Part shown: in pieces, positions 1 through 4,875 of the stretch
How the letters are laid out: each line of letters begins with the position of its first letter
Position numbering within the stretch: position 1 is the first letter of the stretch
DNA from: Acidobacteriota bacterium
GTDB taxonomy: Bacteria; Acidobacteriota; UBA4820; DSQY01
NCBI GenBank assembly: GCA_037445535.1
Contig: JBBIKI010000023.1
Span: 1-11,197 of the forward strand
Length of the DNA stretch: 11,197 nt
Reading direction: 5' to 3'
Made by a program: the position numbers and the translations under genes
The notes under the pieces: generated by a model
Told to the model about the DNA's origin: nothing
The model's database searches: none
Seen by the model: the letters and a program-made list of their open reading frames with translations, nothing else

Positions 1-164
1 TCTCCGGTGCCTGCGCCCTCTCGGGGGGCACCTTCGCGGGAAGCCCCGCCGTCGCGGGCATGCCCGAGGACATTCCCGTGGACCTCGTCATCCCCGGATG
101 CCCGCCCCACCCCCTCACCGTCCTCGACGGGCTTGTGCGCCTCCTCGGGCGGCTCAAAGGATAA
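1..164 (+). CDS. 3' end (C-terminal ~54 aa) of a NuoB-family / group-4 [NiFe]-hydrogenase small subunit (complex I 20-kDa subunit family); 5' end lies outside the window
   Basis: Frame 3 translates to ...SGACALSGGTFAGSPAVAGMPEDIPVDLVIPGCPPHPLTVLDGLVRLLGRLKG*. The (I/V)PGCPP(R/H)P motif and the preceding GGxF segment are the conserved C-terminal signature of NuoB / HycG / EchC-type subunits (fourth Cys ligand of the proximal Fe-S cluster). The TAA stop is at 162-164. The ORF track shows this frame only as part of a spurious downstream ORF. Confidence 0.75.
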   Translation, partial: SGACALSGGTFAGSPAVAGMPEDIPVDLVIPGCPPHPLTVLDGLVRLLGRLKG

Positions 165-206
165 GGCTCGCCCCTGAGACACGGGAAAGGATAGGGAGAA
201 GATTCA

Positions 207-422
207 CCACGGAGACGCGGAGGACGCGGAGAAAAGAGGAGACAAGGACCTGGCGAAAGATTGAGATTCGTAAGAACAAAGCGAGGCAGATCAGGCGAGC
301 ATGTCCCAGTGAACATCGCAGAGAAAGCGAGAAGGACGTCGAGTCCACTTCCTTTTGTTTGCATGGATGGTGTGCTCAAGATTTGTCTTTCATCTTCCTC
401 CGTGTTCTCCGTGTCTCCGTGG
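207..422 (+). ncRNA. Candidate structured 5' leader / cis-regulatory RNA of the AmpG-like gene: 25-bp closing stem (207-231 with 398-422) around a ~166-nt purine-rich, GGA-rich interior
   Basis: Arm 207-231 CCACGGAGACGCGGAGGACGCGGAG pairs with arm 398-422 CTCCGTGTTCTCCGTGTCTCCGTGG over 25 consecutive positions: 22 Watson-Crick pairs plus 3 G-T positions. These are G-U wobbles only if the transcript is the + strand; they would be C-A mismatches in the - strand transcript. The left arm carries 4 GGAG motifs and the right arm 3 CTCC motifs. The interior 180-345 is ~80% purine with about 10 GGA motifs. The element ends 15 nt before the SD (GGAG, 438-441) of the CDS starting at 450. Confidence 0.35.
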
Positions 423-449
423 TGAAGGGGTTTCTCCGGAGTCAGTCTG

Positions 450-1955
450 ATGGTGGATGAAGCGGGGCGGGTGCAAGCGGACGAGGGGCAGCGGGCGTGG
501 CCGCCGGCTTGGGCGATTACGACCTACTTTGCCGAGGGCTTTCCGTACAGCCTCGTGCGGCAGATCTCCACGGTCTTCTTCAAGGATCACGGGGCGAGCC
601 TCCAGGCCATCGGCCTCACGTCGCTCTACGGCCTGCCGTGGGTCCTTAAGGCCTTCTGGGCGCCCGCCGTGGATGCCTTCTCCACCAAGCGCCGGTGGCT
701 CCTGGGCGCGGAAGTGGCGCTCGTGCTTGCCGTGCTCGCCATGGCGGCGGGCTCCTCGCTCGCGAACCCGCTCGAGGCCGTTTCGGTTCTGTTCCTCCTC
801 ACGGCCTTCCTCTCCGCCACGCACGACATCGCCGTAGACGGCTTCTACCTGGAGGCGCTGGACCGGGAGAGCCAGGCGCGCTTCGTGGGCTACCAGGCCA
901 TGGCCTACCGGCTCGCCCTCATCGCCGGCGGCGGCGGCGTGGTGTGGTTCTCGGGCGTCACCGGGTGGCGCGCGGCCTTCGGGCTCGCCGCAGGCGTCAT
1001 GTTCGCCCTCTTCCTCGTTCACGTCTTCCTGCTGCCCGCCCGCGAGACGCCCAAGCGTCCCATGCACGAACTTCTGCGCGTGCTCCTGCGCCCCAAGGCC
1101 CTGGGAGGCCTCGTGCTGGCGGCGGCGGCGGTGGGCGCGGCGTGGTGGGTGTGGGGCATGCCGCGTGTGCAGGCGTGGATCGCGCCGTCCAAGCCGCTCC
1201 TCGGCAAGATCGGCCTCCCCGGTCTTATCACCGCCGGACTGGTGGCGATCCTCCTCGTGCTCCTGGTGAACCTGGGCCGGCTCAAGCGCCGCCTCGAAGC
1301 CTCCGGTTCCTTCTACGCCAAAGCCTTCGTGGACTACCTGGACCAGCCCCGCATGGGCGTCGCCCTGGCATTTCTGCTGACTTACCGAACGGGCGAATCG
1401 GCCCTCCTCGCCATGGTCTACCCGCTCCTCAAAGATATCGGCATCAACCGGGCGCAGTACGGCATCCTCTACGGCACCTTCGGCATTGCCGCGTCCATCG
1501 CCGGGGGTATTTTGGGAGGGTATCTCATCTCCAAGTTTACGCTCAGGCGCGTCATTTGGCCCCTCATGCTGGCGCAGAACGTGCCTCACCTGCTGTACAT
1601 GGCCCTGGCCCTCGTTTACGGTCATCTCGTGGGGCACCCCGAGATGGGCGCCGCCAGCCCCTTCGTCGTGGGGCCCTTCGTCGTCATGGAAGCCTTCGGC
1701 GCCGGTATGGGTACGAGCGTCTTCATGGTCTTCATCCAGCGCACCTGCAAGGCGCAGAACAAGGCCGCGCACTTCTCCATCGCCACCAGCGTCATGAACA
1801 TCAGCTCCACCCTCGCAGGCGTGCTCTCCGGCTACCTCGCCGCCTTCATGGGCTGGCCCCTCTTTTTCGGCTTCACCTTCCTGGTGACCATCCCCAGCAT
1901 GGCCCTCATCCCGTGGCTGCCGAACCTCGGCCGCCCCGCCGCCGGGAAGTCCTGA
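450..1955 (+). CDS. MFS transporter, AmpG family (muropeptide / acetyl-CoA-type permease family); 501 aa
   Basis: ATG at 450 with GGAG 8 nt upstream. The N-terminus YFAEGFPYSLV...GLTSLYGLPWVLKAFWAPAVDAFSTKRRWLLGAEVALVLAVLAMA and the later SATHDIAVDGFYLEAL and GMGTSVFMVFIQRTCKAQNKAAHFSIATSV segments follow the E. coli AmpG pattern (GLPLAL...KFLWSPLMD...RRRGWLL...SASQDIVFDAW...GGMGTSAFVALLMTLCNKSFSATQFALLSA). About 12 predicted TM helices. The antisense ORF 390..1772 is low-complexity junk. Confidence 0.85.
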   Translation: MVDEAGRVQADEGQRAWPPAWAITTYFAEGFPYSLVRQISTVFFKDHGASLQAIGLTSLYGLPWVLKAFWAPAVDAFSTKRRWLLGAEVALVLAVLAMAAGSSLANPLEAVSVLFLLTAFLSATHDIAVDGFYLEALDRESQARFVGYQAMAYRLALIAGGGGVVWFSGVTGWRAAFGLAAGVMFALFLVHVFLLPARETPKRPMHELLRVLLRPKALGGLVLAAAAVGAAWWVWGMPRVQAWIAPSKPLLGKIGLPGLITAGLVAILLVLLVNLGRLKRRLEASGSFYAKAFVDYLDQPRMGVALAFLLTYRTGESALLAMVYPLLKDIGINRAQYGILYGTFGIAASIAGGILGGYLISKFTLRRVIWPLMLAQNVPHLLYMALALVYGHLVGHPEMGAASPFVVGPFVVMEAFGAGMGTSVFMVFIQRTCKAQNKAAHFSIATSVMNISSTLAGVLSGYLAAFMGWPLFFGFTFLVTIPSMALIPWLPNLGRPAAGKS

Positions 1956-2080
1956 TCAACGGCTGCCCTCCAGCGGGGAGCGGCCTACGCGGCCAGATGA
2001 GACGCGCGGGGGCGCCAAATGGGAGATCCTGTGGGGCCAGAGCTCGATCAACGTGGCGATGAAGGCTGGGTGGAACCGTC

Positions 2081-2701
2081 TCACCCGCCCAGGAGGCCTC
2101 GGACGCCGAGCCAGAGCTCGTAGGCGCTGAAGCAGGCCAAGGCCACGGCGGACATGCCCAGCACCATCCTGCGCACCCTCTCCCCGATGCCGCCCAAGGC
2201 GCTTGCGGCCACGATGATGGCCACGGTGACGGCGATCATTGTGGTGTAGAAGCCGGCCAGCAACGCCAAGGCGCGGAGTCCCCCTTCGTGCCAGGCCTTC
2301 ACGGCGAGCGGCCCCATCACCAGGCTCCAGCCGATATACGGATTGGGATTGAGCAAGTTGACCAGGGTCGCCTTGAGGAGGCTCTGTGCTCCCGAACGCA
2401 GCTCCGGCTTCGTCTCTGCACTGAAACGGCGCCACGCGCCAAACGAACCGGCAGCGAGGAAGAGGAGGAAGACACCGCCGCCCAGTTGGAGCACCGAGAC
2501 AAGCACCTTCGGAACCTGGACCAGGATCACGAGGACGAGAGCGGCGACGGGGCCGTCGCTCAGGAGCGGGGCGAAGGCCGCGGGCCACGTGCGCCGCCAA
2601 CCGGCCGTCACGGATTGCGACACGATGTACGTCTGGTAGGGCCCGGGCTGGGCCGCGGCCGTAAAGGCGTAGACCACCCCGATCATGAGGAAGCCCAGCA
2701 T
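2081..2701 (-). CDS. LysE/RhtB-family amino-acid (homoserine/threonine-type) exporter, 206 aa
   Basis: ATG at 2701 (plus strand shows cat 2699-2701). The N-terminus MLGFLMIGVVYAFTAAAQPGPYQTYIVSQS and the internal LVNLLNPNPYIGWSLVMGPL match the LysE/RhtB signature (compare the RhtB segment FVNLTNPKSIVF). Six TM segments. The start lies 1 nt after the TAG stop (2703-2705) of the upstream small ORF, so the two are tightly coupled. Confidence 0.8.
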   Translation of the reverse strand: MLGFLMIGVVYAFTAAAQPGPYQTYIVSQSVTAGWRRTWPAAFAPLLSDGPVAALVLVILVQVPKVLVSVLQLGGGVFLLFLAAGSFGAWRRFSAETKPELRSGAQSLLKATLVNLLNPNPYIGWSLVMGPLAVKAWHEGGLRALALLAGFYTTMIAVTVAIIVAASALGGIGERVRRMVLGMSAVALACFSAYELWLGVRGLLGG

Positions 2702-2702
2702 G

Positions 2703-2900
2703 CTAAGAGTCCTGAAGGCCTCGGGACTGGGCGAGGGTCAGGGAAGAGGCTTGGAACCATTCCTTGGCGCTCTCCTTGGAGAGCACGATGACCGTGCAAA
2801 CCCCGAGAACCGTCCCGAAGGGCATGAACATGCAGGCCATGCCAGCCACGGTGTAATGGAAGATGGACACAAGCCGAAGATGTTCATCATCCTGAGTCAT
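2703..2900 (-). CDS. Small (65 aa) hypothetical membrane protein with one or two TM helices, co-transcribed with the LysE-family gene
   Basis: Internal ATG at 2900 (Met16 of track ORF 2703..2945; the track M at 2945 is not an ATG with an RBS). A strong SD GGGGGAG sits 7 nt upstream on the - strand. Product MTQDDEHLRLVSIFHYTVAGMACMFMPFGTVLGVCTVIVLSKESAKEWFQ... has a hydrophobic core. It lies in the lower-GC island together with the DUF1003 gene. No family recognised. Confidence 0.45.
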   Translation of the reverse strand: MTQDDEHLRLVSIFHYTVAGMACMFMPFGTVLGVCTVIVLSKESAKEWFQASSLTLAQSRGLQDS

Positions 2901-2971
2901 GGGTTCTCTCCCCCTTTGAGATCCGCCTCTTGCCGCTCCCGTCATGCCCGACGGGCGCTCAAAACCATCGC

Positions 2972-3532
2972 TTATGGATTCTTCTTGAAGTCTTCCGCGA
3001 GCTGGCTCAGAAGCGAAAGCTGGTCCTGCTGCATGGCGATGAGTTCACGCCATTGTTTCTCCCTGAGGGAGTCAAGTTTCTCGTGGAGCGTCATGATCTC
3101 GAGCTCCGACTTCAGGTTGACTTCGTAGTCGTGCTCCGCGCTCAGCCGATCCTTAGCGGCTTGCCGGTTCTGAGACATCAAGATGATCGGGGCCTGAATG
3201 GCGGCGAGCATAGACAACACGAGATTCAGCAGAATGTAAGGGTAAGGGTCAAATGCTTTTCGGAGTGTGACAAGAACGAACGAATTCAGGCCGACCCAGA
3301 CAACCATGACGGCCGCGAAGATCGAGATAAAGGTCCATGAGCCCCCGAAGCTCGCGACTCGATCCGCCATTCTCTGGCCGTACGTCATTTGCTCGGAATA
3401 GTCCTTGAGAACATTTCTTGAAATATGGGTTCGATTGGCGATGTGGTGAGCGACGTGCTTTTCTCGTTCGCTGAGCCGCTCATATGCCGTATGCAAATGC
3501 TTCTCGGATACTTGGTCCGCGTTCCCATTCAT
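2972..3532 (-). CDS. DUF1003-family integral membrane protein (about 186 aa from the ATG at 3532; the track ORF extends to a GTG at 3565)
   Basis: GSWTFISIFAAVMVVWVGLNSFVLVTLRKAFDPYPYILLNLVLSMLAAIQAPIILMSQNRQAAKDRLSAEHDYEVNLKSELEI is the characteristic DUF1003 (PF06210) core (FDPYPFILLNL..S..AA.QAP.I.MSQNRQ..DR...E.DY.VNLK.E). The ATG at 3532 has GGAGGA 8 nt upstream. The GTG at 3565 has no SD. GC content (~52%) is clearly below the window average. Confidence 0.8.
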   Translation of the reverse strand: MNGNADQVSEKHLHTAYERLSEREKHVAHHIANRTHISRNVLKDYSEQMTYGQRMADRVASFGGSWTFISIFAAVMVVWVGLNSFVLVTLRKAFDPYPYILLNLVLSMLAAIQAPIILMSQNRQAAKDRLSAEHDYEVNLKSELEIMTLHEKLDSLREKQWRELIAMQQDQLSLLSQLAEDFKKNP

Positions 3533-3803
3533 GGCGCAATCCTCCAGGTTTTCGTCCAAGTTCACTCCGCAGCCGCCGCCATGGCATCACGAAACAAGAT
3601 CCATGAACAGGGAAGGCGGCGAACATAAGGGGCAGGCGCCAAGTCTTCGGCCATGCGTCCTCGCCTCACGCCGATCGCCCCTCCTATTGCCGTTGGAGCC
3701 ACCTTGAGGTGGCGATGGAGCAGAAGGACAACCCATCGGTCTGAAGGAGCGCTCTCAAGGGCACGATCCCTTTCCGTGGGATGGGCCATTCGGGTGTGCG
3801 GGT

Positions 3804-4871
3804 TCATGGCTCCCACTGGAAACCGCACCGCAGGCAGCGGTGCCAAGTCCGGGCGCCCAGGAAACGCTTGAACAGCAGGCCGAGGGCGCTCTCACCCGCG
3901 AAGGGAGGCGGCTCGCAAGGTTCGGTCTCCGGGCTCCCGCACTGGGAGCAGTGTATCGCCGCGCCGGCCACGGCGTCGCCGTCCCGGACGACGGGCAAAT
4001 CGGGAAGGGGAGCGCCCGCCGGGAATGCCTGGTCCCACACCTCGCCGCACACGGTGCAGAGGAACCGCACCGGACCGCCCTTTGCAACCAGCACGTCGTT
4101 CATGCTCAGGTGACGGGACAAACATCTCGGGCACTGCGGGCCTGCCGTGTCGCCGTCGTCCTCCGGGGAGGCCTCCGCGGGCGCCTCGGGAGGCGCTTCC
4201 ACGATCTCCTGCGGCACCGCCTCCAGCTCATGGCGCCGCGAGGGTTCCGCGCTCCCCCCGGCGGCGGCCGTTCCCGGTCCCTTGGCTTCCAGGGGCGATG
4301 GCCATCGGTGCTCGCAATTCTCGCACGCGCACCACGGGCCGTCCTCCGCCTGCTGCATGTCAAAGGCGTCCCGCGGCGGCGGATCCGCCGCCGTCACTCG
4401 GAACGATCCGCACGCCGGACAGGCCGCGGGAAGGATGGGGAAGGTGTCGCTCAGATAGACGGCCTCGGCCACGGGGGTCCGGCGACCGCAGTTCTGGCAA
4501 CGCAGCCACCAGCTTCCCAAAGGCGACTCGCTGGGCGTCACGGCGCAGAATTCCGTAGAATCGCACGATGTGCAGCGGACGTCCCCTCCGGCGTCCCCGC
4601 CGCTTTCCTCGTCCCGCCGGGCCAGCCTCGCCTCCGCCTCCGCGCGCCGTTCGCGGGGAACCTGGAGCCACACTCCCGCCGCCGCCTCGCCCAGAACCTC
4701 CGGAGGCGCCACGCGCCGGTCCAGGAGGGCGCAGGGCAGAGGAACGGCGTGCAAGAGAGCTTGGGTGTCCTCAGCCGGTTCCATTGATTCGAAGATTCTC
4801 AGCAGCTCCCACTGCTCCGGATCGTTCCCCGGAGCGGGCGATGCGGCCTTTTCTCCAACCACCGGCGCCAA
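3804..4871 (-). CDS. Multi-zinc-ribbon protein: four tandem MJ0042-like CxxC...CxxCG zinc-ribbon modules separated by acidic, Pro/Ala-rich linkers; ~355 aa; start uncertain (TTG 4871 vs ATG 4784)
   Basis: Four modules: (1) RCTSCDSTEF..x19..WWLRCQNCGRR; (2) CPACGSFRV..x22..WCACENCEHRW; (3) CPRCLSRHL..x19..FLCTVCGEVW; (4) HCSQCGSPE..x30..WHRCLRCGFQWEP*. Each has the aromatic residue before the second Cys pair and a Gly after it, as in MJ0042-type zinc fingers. The TTG at 4871 lies 4 nt after the TAG stop (4876-4878) of the flotillin gene, with GGAAAGG upstream, which fits translational coupling. The alternative ATG at 4784 has no clear SD. Confidence 0.6.
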   Translation of the reverse strand: MAPVVGEKAASPAPGNDPEQWELLRIFESMEPAEDTQALLHAVPLPCALLDRRVAPPEVLGEAAAGVWLQVPRERRAEAEARLARRDEESGGDAGGDVRCTSCDSTEFCAVTPSESPLGSWWLRCQNCGRRTPVAEAVYLSDTFPILPAACPACGSFRVTAADPPPRDAFDMQQAEDGPWCACENCEHRWPSPLEAKGPGTAAAGGSAEPSRRHELEAVPQEIVEAPPEAPAEASPEDDGDTAGPQCPRCLSRHLSMNDVLVAKGGPVRFLCTVCGEVWDQAFPAGAPLPDLPVVRDGDAVAGAAIHCSQCGSPETEPCEPPPFAGESALGLLFKRFLGARTWHRCLRCGFQWEP

Positions 4872-4875
4872 CCCG

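Noticed and set aside
232-397. c-di-GMP-I (GEMM) or other known riboswitch in the leader, prompted by ...CAAAGCGAGGCAG... and ...GAAAGCGAGAAGG... segments
   Set aside because: The resemblance is limited to an ACAAAGC-like fragment. The paired P1/P2 hairpins with GNRA tetraloop and receptor spacing of GEMM are not evident. I kept it as an unclassified structured leader.
98-460. 120-aa + ORF and 64-aa - ORF (154..348) across the purine-rich leader
   Set aside because: Translations are Arg/Glu/Lys low complexity dictated by the purine tract. The first ~66 nt of 98..460 is the wrong frame of the NuoB-like C-terminus. The region is better explained as a non-coding leader.
390-2062. Long ORFs 390..1772 (-) and 695..2062 (+, alternate frame) overlapping the AmpG-like gene
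   Set aside because: Arg/Gly/Pro/His-rich junk translations with no motif. The + frame at 450..1955 has a convincing AmpG-family signature and an RBS.
2068-2086. Hairpin GGGTG-n9-CACCC overlapping the LysE-family stop codon in the convergent gap with the AmpG-like gene
   Set aside because: Only a 5-bp stem with a 9-nt loop and no U-tract on either strand. Too weak to call a bidirectional terminator.
3562-3871. Small ORFs (94 aa - strand, 72 aa + strand) in the 3566-3803 intergenic region
   Set aside because: They overlap the end of the zinc-ribbon gene, have no RBS, and have odd composition. The region is more likely a terminator/promoter spacer. It contains the perfect hairpin GCCACC-ttga-GGTGGC (3698-3713), but no U-tract follows, so it was not called as an intrinsic terminator.
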